A stretch of DNA of 63,195 bases, filler included, from Rozella allomycis CSF55 (GCA_000442015.1; 11 parts of 11 records of this genome joined end to end with filler, not necessarily neighbours in it), one strand, 5' to 3'; shown: positions 16,906-28,133, counted from the first letter of the whole stretch. The notes: generated by a model not told the origin, from the letters alone. Numbers and translations are program-made.

Positions 16906-17246
16906 TTGGGAAATTTCTTGTTTTCACTTTTCTGTGATACATACTAATTCATTATCATCGCAACTGTTGAGCAATTTGATTATTTTGATTGTATTTATCA
17001 CAACGTTTAATAATGATCAAACTCTATTCCAATGTTTTATAGAAGAGTTCTTTTCATTGAAAACCAAATCTCATAGAATATCATAGAAAATATCGGACGA
17101 CTTAATTTACCTTATCACTCCACAGACTTCAATCAATTGAGCAGTATATACCAAAATTTCTAAATCGCCAATCGCAATCGAATAAATGATATTACCAAAA
17201 GCGTATAAATCTGATAAGGTTTACCCTTAACCCTTGTCATTCATTG

Positions 17247-19889
17247 ATGTCTAAGATAATTGTAGTTTCTCATTACCTGCCGTATCAGTACACCATCGAG
17301 GGTTTATCAACGGTCCTCAAGCGGTATGAACGCCGCTACAGCGAATCACAAGCGTCGTCCCCGCTGTCGTCGAACCATCCGTCTGTTGATGAAAGCGAGG
17401 AAAAGGGCCACAGCCGCACACTCTCTGACGCTTCTATGACCCGTGATTGCGAGAGTATTTGGATATCATGGAACTTTGCGGAAGAGTGCAGAAATGTGAG
17501 TGGCAATTTCGTGTTGCACAAGCGGAATGGCCATTCGGCAATGTTTTCTGGGATCAAGAGTTTGAAAAAGAGTGACAATGTGGTGCATATTGGGTGGCCT
17601 GGTCCGTGTTTGGATGTGAATGGCAATGCGCTGGAGGGGTTTGAATTGTCGCTGAATCAAAAGGAGAGGTTGAGGGATAAGCTTTTGGAGCATGATTGTG
17701 TGCCTGTGTTTTTGACTGAGAATATTGGCAAGGGCCATTATGATGGGTATGGGAAGGGACAGTTGTGGCCGCTTTTTCATTATTTGCTGTGGGAGAATGT
17801 GGAGGAGACTATGAAGAATGAAAAGGATTCGTGGGATGCGTATGTGTTGGCTAATGAGTTGTATGTTGATGCGATAATGTCTGTGTATGAAGAAGGGGAT
17901 ATAGGTAATGGGTTAGATGTGGGTTAGATAGTTTGGATTCATGATTATCATTTATTGCTTGTGCCGCAGATGTTGAGGAAGAAGATACCAGAGGCATTGA
18001 TTGGATTTTTTCTTCATTCTCCATTTCCAACGTCAGAAATATTTAGATGTTTGCCAAGGAGAAAGGAAGTAAAGATTTTGAGATGAATTGATGAAGGTGT
18101 TGATGGGAGTGTTGGGATCCAATTTGATTGGATTTCAGACCTATTCGTATGCTAGACATTTTATATCTAGTTGTACGCGAGTGCTTGGATTGGAGAGTAC
18201 GCCCAAAGGGGTGGATTACAAGGGATTTTTGGTGATGATTGGGATATTTCCCATTGGAGTTGATGTTGAAAGGATAGAGAAGAGAAGAAAATCTGAGAAA
18301 GTGAAGAAGAAGATTGATGTGATCAAGGAGATGTTTGGGAATAAGAAGTTGATTGTTGGAAGAGACAAATTGGATGAGATTAAGGGGGTTCAGCATAAAT
18401 TGAATTCATTTGAAAAGTTTCTGAGTGAATATCCAGAATTTAGAAATCAAGTAAAGGACGAGATATCTTTAAAGTAACTAGAGGTAGTCTTAGTGCAAGT
18501 GACCACGCCTGGGAGAGAGGTTGGTCACAAGAATAAAAAGAAGATTGAAACCAGGGTTAGTGAAATAATATCAAGAATAAATGGAAAGTATGGATCATTG
18601 GAGTTTGTGCCAGTTCATCATTTTCATCATCAATTGGAAAGAGATGAATATTATGCGTTATTAAGTTTAGCCGATGTAGCATTGGTGACTTCAATAAGAG
18701 ATGGAATGAATACTTATGCGCATGAAATGATAGTATGTCAACAAGAGAATTACGCGCCTTTAATTTTAAGTGAATTTACAGGAACAGCGCATTCTTTGAG
18801 TTCAGCATTGTTGGTTAATCCGTGGGATCATAAGGGGGTTTCCAATACAATTTATGATGCATTGGTGATGACAAAGAATGAGAAGATGGTTAGACATCAA
18901 CAAATGATGAATCATGTCACTTCAAACACATCTGAATTTTGGGCTTTTAAATTTATTGAAGAATTGAGAAAATCTAATAAAATTCAAGATCATGCAAATC
19001 CAACACCCTTGTTAGATCTAATCTATCTTAAAAATCAATTCATAAATTCAAATAAAAAATTATTGTTATTAGATTATGATGTAAAAAATATGAAATGGAA
19101 TAATCAAGGGAACTTTAACTTCAATTAGAAAGATTCCAAGTGCTGCAATTCCATCAAAAGAACTTTTGGATTCTCTTTCAATTTTATGTTCAAATGAATC
19201 AATTATTGTTTTTATTATTTCTGGAAGAGATGAAACTTTTCTAGAAAAACATCTTGGCCACATTCCAAATCTAGGTTTAAGGTAAAATAGATTCAAATAG
19301 ATTAATAAAGTGCTGAACATGGGTGTTTTATTAGATTTCCAAATAAATCTGAATGGATAAATTTAATTGATGAAATTGATTTGAGTTGGAAGAATGACGT
19401 TCTTCCAATCTTTGAATATTACACTGAAAGAACAATCGGCTCTTTCATCGAACACAAAAGAGCAAGTCTCACTTGGCATTATCGTTTAGCTGATCCAAAT
19501 TTTGGGTAATTTTATCTCTAAGTTTCAATTGTAGATCTTGGCAAGCAAAAGAATGTCAAAATCATTTAGAAAATGCAATTCTTTCTAAACTACCAGTGGA
19601 AATTTTACTTGGGAAAAAGAACTTGGAAGTTCGTCCAATCTCTATCAACAAGGGTGAAATTGTCAAACGTTTGTTAGCGGAATATTCTGATATTGATTTC
19701 ATCTTCTGTGCTGGAGATGATAAAACTGATGAAGATATGTTTAAAATGTTAAAGAAAGTTGAAAATATTCCTCATCCTATATCATGCACTATTGGAAGTG
19801 CAAAGAAAATGACTCAAGCTGCCTACCATGTACTTGATTCTAGTGATATTATCAATCTGTTGACTGATTTAGCCAATTTATCAAAATAA
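17247..19889 (+). CDS. TPS2: Trehalose-6-phosphate synthase/phosphatase (TPS2-like, multi-exon)
   Basis: GT20 motifs LWPLFHY, WIHDYHLLL, GRDKLD..KG, SIRDGMN, SEFTG; HAD phosphatase LLDYD|GTL, AEHG, CAGDDKTDEDMF. Confidence 0.92.
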
Positions 19890-19960
19890 ATTAAAGTTGA
19901 TTTTTTAAAAATAACTTTTTGTTTTTTTTAATCGATAACGATTAGGATCATGAAATTTAC

Positions 19961-21203
19961 ATGGAACCACTCGCCCCTTTACCAAACTTTAAAATTATCT
20001 CTCCTCTAGTTGCCCGCTTATTAGCTGGCAATCCAGGACCATTTACAATGCAAGGTACAAATATCTACCTCATAGGTTGCAACGATTCTCGCATCATGAT
20101 TGATGTAGGCGAAGGGTTAGACTGCTTTAAAGACACTTTCAACACTTTTATCAAACAGAACAATATTAAACACATCTCTCACATCATTCTCACGCACAGT
20201 CATCACGACCACGTTGCGGGATTGCAATCCCTACTATCTGATCCAAATCTAGCAAACATTTTTCACAACACAATTGTATACAAGATCCCTACTGATACCA
20301 AACATATTAATAATTTGACAGAAGCGCAAAAGTATGCTGAAAGTGTCTCTATTCCGCCACCAGAGTTGGTCAAGGCACAGAACGTTACATTGCAAATTTT
20401 ACCCAGTCCAGGTAACCATCCAAATCAAAACAACAGTAGGACACACAAAAGACCATCTATGTCTCTATCTCCACGAAGAGAATGCGTTCTTTTCAGGCGA
20501 CAGTGTGCTCGGCCAGAACTATTCGCCGGTATTCGAGAATCTTAGAATATTCATCAATTCATTAACTTCTAATTTAAATTTTCTTGCTGACAAAAGATCC
20601 GCGGTATTGTATCCCAGTAATTGATTGTGATTCATATTGAAAGGTCACGGNCAACAGTAGGACACACAAAAGACCATCTATGTCTCTATCTCCACGAAGA
20701 GAATGCGTTCTTTTCNACACATTAGGCCATACAAAAGACCATCTATGTCTCTATCTCCACGAAGAGAATGCGTTCTTTTCAGGCGACAGTGTGCTCGGCC
20801 AGAACTATTCACCGGTATTCGAGAATCTTAGAATATTCATCAATTCATTAACCTCTAATCTAAAGTTTCTTAACGACAAAAGATCTGCGGTATTGTATCC
20901 CAGTAATTGATTGTGATTCATATTGAAAGGTCACGGTCCTGTGGTGGAAAATGCTTATGAGGCTATTTCAAAGTTAATTGAACATAGGAATAAAAGAGAT
21001 TGTCAGATCATCGAATGTTTGAGAAAGGCGGGAGGTTTAGCTGTCCTTGAAATAGTCGATATAATTTACAAGGATTATCCGAGTCTGTGAAACCAGCAGC
21101 GGCCAATTCAATTGTGCAGCATTTAGAAAAGCTAATAGACGAAAACAGAGTAGAGAAAAGCGGAGAAAAGTTTCTTCTTGTAGAAATTAAAGAGAAACTA
21201 TAA
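19961..21203 (+). CDS. LACTB2: LACTB2-like metallo-beta-lactamase-fold endoribonuclease
   Basis: NPGPFTMQGTNIYL, THSHHDHV, GHTKDH, FSGDSVLG, YPS|GHG, C-terminal winged-helix-like QHLEKL. Segments repeated at N20651/N20716; apparent 1-nt frameshift near 21080. Confidence 0.85.
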
Positions 21204-21213
21204 TAAACTTTAT

Positions 21214-22068
21214 TTAGAGGCCTGGTGGTCGTAACGCAGTGTGACTAAAGTTCTGGTAATAGCTATTTGAGTTCTGCAATCCTGGAGGAGCAGGCGGCAA
21301 TGATGGTTGAGCCAAGTTGGGATTATAGTCACCGTAATTGTAGCTGGGACCTGTTGTCGTTGAAGATTGCTGTTTAAAGTACTCGTTTCTTACAGTTGTC
21401 ACCAAATCTTGACACAGTCTTCTCGCTTGCTCAACTGCGTTTTCTCCCGACGCAGTAACAAACAAGTGCAATGCTTCTGCTGCCTCTGTGCCTGTAGCGG
21501 ATTCCAGAAAGCCTGACCCACGTCCTCTGAGCTGCACTTTTGCACCGGTTTGCTGGTTAACAAATTTCAAATTGGCACCACCTGGACCAAGTAGCTTTCC
21601 ACGAAAGTTGAACAAATGCTCTGGATCAACGTGGACAAACACTTTGGCTACAAGCCCACGCAATTCCTTGTCGTTAGGAGGTACATACACTTGCTTCATC
21701 ACAGCGTTAATCATTTCTACGGCACGTTCCATGGCTTCTTTATTGGGTGACGCGATGTGGAGGTACATGGTTGGTTCTCTTTCAGTGGCCATTCGACGGT
21801 CAGGATAGAAACGCCCTCTGCATATAACTATAGCACCTGTGTCATTAAATATCATTTCATGGAACTGCACTCGAGCAAGATTATACCGATGCTTCGAATC
21901 GTTTATATCGATTTTGGTCGAATATGGATATTCACCCCTCATTTTTATAGGAAACTTTTCTTCTTGCAACAAAGAGTCTGTCAAAGATGGACCTTTATCT
22001 GCTGACCTCAGAGACGCTTGTATTCTCACTGCTGCTTCTTTGGCAGCTTTGTACGCTTCACGCTGCAT
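21214..22068 (-). CDS. KH-domain RNA-binding protein (KHDC4/BLOM7/RIK-like)
   Basis: IDINDSKHRYNL..GAIVICRGRFYP..PTMYLHI, and FNFRGKLLGPGGANLKFV..TGAKVQLRGRGSGFLE..EALHL. Confidence 0.85.
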   Translation of the reverse strand: MQREAYKAAKEAAVRIQASLRSADKGPSLTDSLLQEEKFPIKMRGEYPYSTKIDINDSKHRYNLARVQFHEMIFNDTGAIVICRGRFYPDRRMATEREPTMYLHIASPNKEAMERAVEMINAVMKQVYVPPNDKELRGLVAKVFVHVDPEHLFNFRGKLLGPGGANLKFVNQQTGAKVQLRGRGSGFLESATGTEAAEALHLFVTASGENAVEQARRLCQDLVTTVRNEYFKQQSSTTTGPSYNYGDYNPNLAQPSLPPAPPGLQNSNSYYQNFSHTALRPPGL

Positions 22069-22100
22069 TTGTGAAAATTCTGGAAAGTTGGAGAATTTTA

Positions 22101-23067
22101 ATGGCGAGAGATCAAGCTGTAATATGCAAAGACTTGAAAAAGTCATTGTCTGATATAAATAATTTGTATCAAGAGTCAAATTCAGAAAGTATTGTGAAAG
22201 TTTACGACAGTATTAATGAGATTATCTCTCGGAAAGGTTGTCTTGCAAAATATAGATAATTTAGAACTCAAGACTGTAGAGGAAATGATTCAATTATATA
22301 AACTTTATAAAGAAGCTGTTGCTCTTGTCGGAGTCGAAAAACTATTATTTTCTAAAGCGGTTTCGTTAGCCGAAGAACTTGTTCCAAAGAAAGAAGTTAT
22401 AACTAAAGATTTAAATTTGGATAACCTTAAATTTAAGAAGAGAAAGCCCCCAGCAGATGCATCTAGTACTCCCAAAGTCGCGAAAACCAAGTAACATTCT
22501 ATTCATGTATTGAATTAAGAGCAACTCCCAGCAACAAGAAAGATACACAACATGCTCCTGTTGGCTCTCTAATAGCGGCAAAAACATTTGATGCCGATCA
22601 AGGTCAAGATCTCTGGATTTTAGCAACTGTACTATCGTATAACCTCAAGTCCAAAGAGTAATTTTTTCACCGTATTTTTCCTAGATATGAAATAGAAGAT
22701 GCAGAAGAACTTGATGATGACAGTTCGGAAAAACTAGAAAAGAAAAAGTATACATGTTCTTTATTTTTCTAAAAGATATTTTGTACAACATAAAAACGTG
22801 ATCAGAATACCATTATCAGATCAAGATGCTTTGGTGAACGAGTTTCATCAAAACGACACTGTATTAGCCCTCTTCCCTCAGACTACGTGCTTTTATGAAG
22901 CGTCAGTTGTAACTCCTCCCAGCAAGGTATTCAATTAAATAGTGAATGTAAATCAGAGAAAAAAGTCTCATGACTATGTATTAATCTTCGATGATGACGA
23001 AGGCGAAAACGGTGGTTTAGTAAAGAGGAATGTATCGGCTAAATACGTCTTGAAAAAACCAACATAA
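22101..23067 (+). CDS. SGF29: SAGA-associated factor 29 (tandem Tudor, multi-exon)
   Basis: N-terminal coiled coil; spliced exons give WILATV..YEIEDAE and VLALFPQTTCFYEASV..PP..YVLIFDDDE; stop 23065-23067. Confidence 0.85.
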
Positions 23068-23273
23068 ATAAATATTTTTTAAATAAGACAAGATAAATAG
23101 TTGAATTGAAATAAATATTTCTCGTAGCTGTCTTAAAAGTAAAATTGGTAACAGGTAAACTGTAAAGTCAATGAAGGACGTTGCAAAAAGTCTTCTGTCG
23201 AATGGTTTTGTAAAAACGTGAGTTAATTGTATATTCTGATGTAAAAATGAATGAAATGAAGAATTGCAGGTGT

Positions 23274-25194
23274 TTATTCATGGCAATAATACAAATCATG
23301 TTCCTTTTCAATCAAACCCCCTGGCATGACACCCGAGTGCCACATATTGTCATCAGTATTAATAGTTATAGGGTAACGTGCCTGTCCCATTTTACCGGCC
23401 CAATCAAAATCCAAGATACAAATACTTTGATCCTTGTTAACCAAGATGTTGCTATTTCTACGGTATAAACTTAAAAACATTTTACCTTAAATCGCCATGC
23501 ACATAATTTTTCGCATGAAGGACTGTTTCAACAGCCCTACGCAAATTTTTCTTTGCCAAATCGCTTAGCTCAAGAACATGATCATAATNTAAAAAAATTT
23601 ACCTTATATCGCCATGCACATAATTTTTCGCATGAAGGACTGTTTCGATAGCCAGACGCAATTTTTTCTTTGCCAAATCGCTTAGCTCAAGAACATGATC
23701 ATAATAATCGGAAACATCTTCCATGATTATCACTTTCCATCCAGCGAGCATTTCTTCATAATGGATAATCTTTGGGGCGAATCCGGCTTCAGCAAGTACG
23801 CGATGAGATTCTAAATGGTATTTCTTTGTAAACTTAATTATCGCATTTGATTTGTCATCTAATTCAATTCGAAAAAGTAACTTTTCGTGGTGAATCTGAT
23901 TCCTATACGTGAAATCCCTCTGTAAAAACGACCGGTAATAAGGGAATATATCACCAGGAATATCTTTGTCAAACTTTGAATAAATAAACTGCTCTGTTAA
24001 TGATAAAACTTTGGCAACGTGAATCAAACCAGTGTAGTCAATGGTGGTAAATGAAAAATGCCTCCATGGGACCAAAAGTTCACATAACACATTACCGCTA
24101 CAAGTTGATAATCCATATATTGCCCCCAGAGAGCCCATTGATGCGAATAATAAACAACCGGCGGTGGTTTTCGATCGGTTAATTGCATGGCGGTAAAAAG
24201 CCATCGCTTCAACAATCATACATCCTTCACCTTATTAATGCACAATTTTCTCAAATACCCGTACTTATTTCATTCTTTATTTTTACTAAGAGAACCGGCA
24301 TTCCATCAGAGTTTGCTACAGAATTTTCTATTCTATACCCACTGTCCTCTAATACCAGCTCCTGATTCATTGAAGGAAAAGCCTTCTTTAGGACTTCAAA
24401 TACTATCTTATGGAAATGCTTAAAAATTACAAGCCCAGCGACGATCTGTCTCGTTTTTGTACATGTTGGACATGGTGATACATAAATTCACTGCAGAGGG
24501 GAAGAACTTATTCAAATTTTCATATTCGTCTTTCTCATAGAGATTAACAAAATATGCGATATTTTTTGATTTAAGGGTTATAGGGATTCCAAAATTGTCC
24601 ATTGGCCTACAAAAGTGAAAGCCGAGCTCACCATTGTGCCATCGATTTTTTACGTCAGACGGACTATACATTAATAATGGATCAATGTGAGATTCTAAAT
24701 ATGTATTTACTTTCTACACCAAGCGCGCTTACATTGATTCCTTCAGCGCCCAACCCTGCATTCTTTAATACTTCTTTCAGTACGGAATATTTGTAATGCT
24801 CGTTGGGTTTATTAAGCACCAAGCAATCAAATTGAGGCCGGGGAAGTTTTGAAAGCTCCGTAATGAGACAATTTTGTACATCTTCTGACACATGTAAATT
24901 CTCAATGAAATCGTATATGTGGATCTTCTTCTCCTTATTTTTGATCCTTAGATCTTTTATCTTGTTTTTTTCCTGGATATCCAAAATACTCTCCCTGATA
25001 TCTTTTATACGTTCCTCTTGTAACAATTTTTGCTTGAACAAATCCAACACCTGTTGTTGGTAAGGTAGTAGTTCGACTGGAATGTTTGTGACTTTTGCAT
25101 CATCCTGCTTAATCCAATCTCTTATCTTTGCGTCGATTGACGCTTCCTCTGATTCCTGTTCTCCTTCTCTTGGTCTCTTGGGATGAGGGCTCAT
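23274..25194 (-). CDS. Crinkler/CR-effector-like protein: degenerate REase-like region + atypical (APH/RIO-like) kinase
   Basis: C-terminal IIKFTKKY..ESHRVLAEAGFAPKI..VIIMEDV..HGDIR|NILV..ILDFDWAG..RYP; middle region LLVKIKNEISTG..AMAFY; NLS-like N-terminus MSPHPKRPRE; duplicated joint at N23589. Exon structure only partly resolved. Confidence 0.65.
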
Positions 25195-25666
25195 GAAAAA
25201 TGAAAACTTGAAAACGAAATTTCGATACTAAGAAGAAGACGGTTTGTGTGTATACCAGAGTATTCCATAGCAATTTAATATTTAATTCGTATTTTCAAGC
25301 TACTATTGTAGCGGTTTTCAATTGGAAGTACATCAAGAAATTTTCCAAATATGTAATGTAAAAAATCTTCGCTTGCTTTTGTAGCTTTTTAGAAAAGCCT
25401 TATTTACTTTAGCTAGAAGATTTTTACTATAAGAAATTATGTTTCTTTGATTGACTTTACGACTAAAGCTACGCGTAAAGACAGATACGAGAAATACATA
25501 GTTAATCTAGACTTATTTTGGGTGATGTAACAAGTCTCGCAGTGCTCGTTAAATCGGACGGGGAGTNNNNNNNNNNNNNNNNNNNNNNNNNNNNNNNNNN
25601 NNNNNNNNNNTTAATTAATTAANNNNNNNNNNNNNNNNNNNNNNNNNNNNNNNNNNNNNNNNNNNN

Positions 25667-26396
25667 GTGGTGGCAGGAACCCGGGTTGCATCCGGGGGTC
25701 AAAGTTTGCAACTCATGCAACTATGTTGCCAACAGGGGTTCCTACTGGTTGCCAACTTTTGTGTCACTAAACAGGTTTATTTATTATTCATTGCCTTTCC
25801 TCATAGTCGGAGTCGAATGCAGCGTCCATACCTTCTTTAAAATCTTGATCTTCGTCTTCCCATCCTTCGGGCAGCTCGTTGCTTTCATCCATAAGTGTCA
25901 GTTTCTCAACAGCAGCGTCCACATCGAACATTGTTTTCCAGATGGAGATTACGGGAGAATATTGATCGCTAGCGGTGAGGGTTGTAATGACCTGTGGGCC
26001 AGACTTACTTTGCTTGCCTCCTCTCTTTTTCGTTTCACCGTCTCGCGTGATGTGTCAATAGTGATTTGTAACCTCTTTAATTCCTCTACTGGAATTGGTT
26101 TTCCATCGTCGTCCACGCACTGCAACAAGTGTTTGACTTGCTTTGATGGAAGTTCCAACCCTTTTTTAATAAAGTGTCTATACATGTACCCCCGGCAGGG
26201 TGACCACATCTTAAGCACTTCGCATGTCCTTTTGTTTCCAATTTTTGGAAGTATTTCCATGTCCAACTCTTCTCTTTTCCAGTCATGTAGCTTAGCTCTG
26301 GAGGTTGCAATTCGGGTTGCAAATTTATTGAGAGTTGGCAACCATGGTTGCCAATATAGTTTTGCCAGCTATGGGTTGCCAACTCTGCCACCACTG
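25667..26396 (-). mobile_element. Internally deleted hAT-like DNA transposon (non-autonomous)
   Basis: Terminal inverted repeat (CA)GTGGTGGCAG at 25667 (clipped by the contig edge) and CTGCCACCACTG at 26385-26396; clustered subterminal GTTGC(C)A repeats; internal BED-finger coding remnant. Confidence 0.7.
25788..26286 (-). pseudogene. Transposase remnant: N-terminal BED zinc finger plus acidic C-terminal tail, catalytic core missing
   Basis: MTGKEKSWTWKYFQKLETKGHAKCLRCG|..KQVKHLLQC; downstream frame ...FDVDAAVEKLTLMDESNELPEGWEDEDQDF..EERQ*. Confidence 0.6.
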
Positions 26397-26482
26397 GTTA
26401 GTACTATGGTGGGAGACATGGGATTATTGCGTGTTGTAGTTTTTGACATTTTTTTGTTAATTTGAACTGTTTTATATTTATN

Positions 26483-26916
26483 TCAATGTTGGCTGGGGCG
26501 GCAGGTAAAGCTTCGTTTTACCTCCTTTATGGGGCGGCTATGCGGTATCAAGCCATACTTAACCCGGATTTCACTTAACTGTGAGTTGACGGGAGAGGTG
26601 TTAGAATTGGCGGGCTCGACTGGATGGCGGGATGCCTGGTAGGTCGGTTCAAGCCCGCAAGGGGTATCATACTAGGCGAGTGGTCTCTGCAGCCTTATCA
26701 TCATTTCTCGGCGATCGGCTCTGGTATTCACTGAAGTAAAGCTCTGCTGACGATCTCAGTATCCTTACACTCTCAGAAACACCAGGCGAGCACTGGAGTT
26801 CTTAGGCCTAGTGTGACCTCGAATACTTGTTTGTGTAACCGGAAAGCCACGTGCCTTGGGGTTTGATTCCCCCTGTCTTCGGTCTGGTTGACAGGACCGT
26901 GTAAAACAATTAATAC
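26483..26916 (+). other. Putative rDNA 5' external transcribed spacer (structured, GC-rich)
   Basis: GC-rich, hairpin-rich sequence (UUCG and GCAA loops) directly upstream of 18S sequence, ending in ACTCAAAGA as typical ETS/18S junctions do; shares a module with ITS1. Confidence 0.55.
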
Positions 26917-27021
26917 TCAAAGACGATTAGATACCGTCGTAGTCTTAACCATAAACGATGCCGACTAGGGATCGGTGGGCTTCATTTTGAACCCATCGGC
27001 ACCTTATGAGAAATCAAAGTG

Positions 27022-27100
<79 letters not shown>

Positions 27101-27132
27101 GCGGCTTAATTTGACTCAACACGGGGAAACTC

Positions 27133-27163
<31 letters not shown>

Positions 27164-27485
27164 TTGAGAGCTCTTTCTTGATTCTATGGGTGGTGGTGCA
27201 TGGCCGTTCTTAGTTGGTGGAGTGATTTGTCTGGTTAATTCCGATAACGAACGAGACCTTAACCTGCTAAATAGTTTCATGAACTTTGGTTCATTGTAAC
27301 TTCTTAGAGGGACTATCTGTGTTTAACAGATGGAAGTTTGAGGCAATAACAGGTCTGTGATGCCCTTAGATGTTCTGGGCTGCACGAGCACTACACTGAT
27401 GAAACCAGCGGGTTTATAACCTTGCCGAAAGGTCTGGGTAATCTTGTGAAATTTCATCGTGCTGGGGATAGACCATTGTAATTAT

Positions 27486-27536
<51 letters not shown>

Positions 27537-27537
27537 T

Positions 27538-27583
<46 letters not shown>

Positions 27584-27665
27584 AATGGCTTAGTGAGGCC
27601 TTCGAATTGGTGTTCACCGGCCGCAAGGTTGGATGACGCTGAGAAGTTGGTCAAACTTGGTCATT

Positions 27666-27697
<32 letters not shown>

Positions 27698-27724
27698 GAG
27701 GTGAACCTGCCGGAGGGATCATTT
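26917..27724 (+). rRNA. 18S: 18S rRNA, 3' half only
   Basis: GATTAGATACCGTCGTAGTC, AAACTTAAAGGAATTGACGG, GGTGGTGCATGGCCG, TTGTACACACCGCCCGTCG, CTTGGTCATTTAGAGGAAGTAA, GTCGTAACAAGG, GGATCATT. Confidence 0.97.
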
Positions 27725-28072
27725 TTGGGGTGTTAATTCAAGGCTTGTCATGGTTAACTTTTAAATTGTGAACTTTAACTAACGGTGGTCTCTGCTTGCT
27801 GCGACAAAAGCTCTGCCGACGATCTCGGTATCCTTTCAGTCAAAGCGCCGGTAGTTGGAACAACAAGCGCTGCGGACGATCTCCGTATTCTTACGTTCCA
27901 GCTATCACCGCGAGCACCTGGGGCTTTATAAACATAAATAATTTTTACGTTAAAGGAGTGATTGGCCTAANAGTATTCTTACGTTCCAGCTATCACCGCG
28001 AGCACCTAGGGCTTTATAAACATAAATACTATTTACGTTAAAGGAGTGATCGGCCTAACCAATCAAATTTAT
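27725..28072 (+). other. ITS1 (with a duplicated assembly joint at N27971)
   Basis: Lies between the 18S 3' end and the 5.8S start. Confidence 0.9.
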
Positions 28073-28133
28073 AGCCTTTAGCAATAGATCTCCTGGCTCC
28101 CGCATCGATGACGAACGCAGCGAAATGCGATAT
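28073..28133 (+). rRNA. 5.8S: 5.8S rRNA, 5' fragment (truncated by linker)
   Basis: GATCTCCTGGCTCCCGCATCGATGACGAACGCAGCGAAATGCGATA resembles the conserved 5.8S 5' region. Confidence 0.9.

Noticed and set aside
17221-17235. Telomere-like TTACCCTTAACCCT
   Set aside because: Only two degenerate units in a C-rich promoter; expected by chance.
21085-21092. In-frame TGA as selenocysteine or readthrough in LACTB2
   Set aside because: The conserved sequence continues in another frame (frameshift), and no SECIS was recognised.
26745-26793. Hairpin, HDV or hammerhead ribozyme identity for the ETS/ITS1 module
   Set aside because: GTATCCTTAC and AGAAACA only superficially recall hairpin loop B; there is no loop A AGAA partner, no CUGAUGA/GAAA core and no HDV pseudoknot. 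Left unclassified.
26483-26916. Group I intron inserted in 18S (e.g. site S788)
   Set aside because: No terminal omega-G at the junction, exon-like AAGACGAT lies upstream of the expected insertion site, and no P/Q/R/S core elements were recognised.
27485-28041. ORFs 27485-27736 and 27796-28041
   Set aside because: They lie within 18S and ITS1; spurious.
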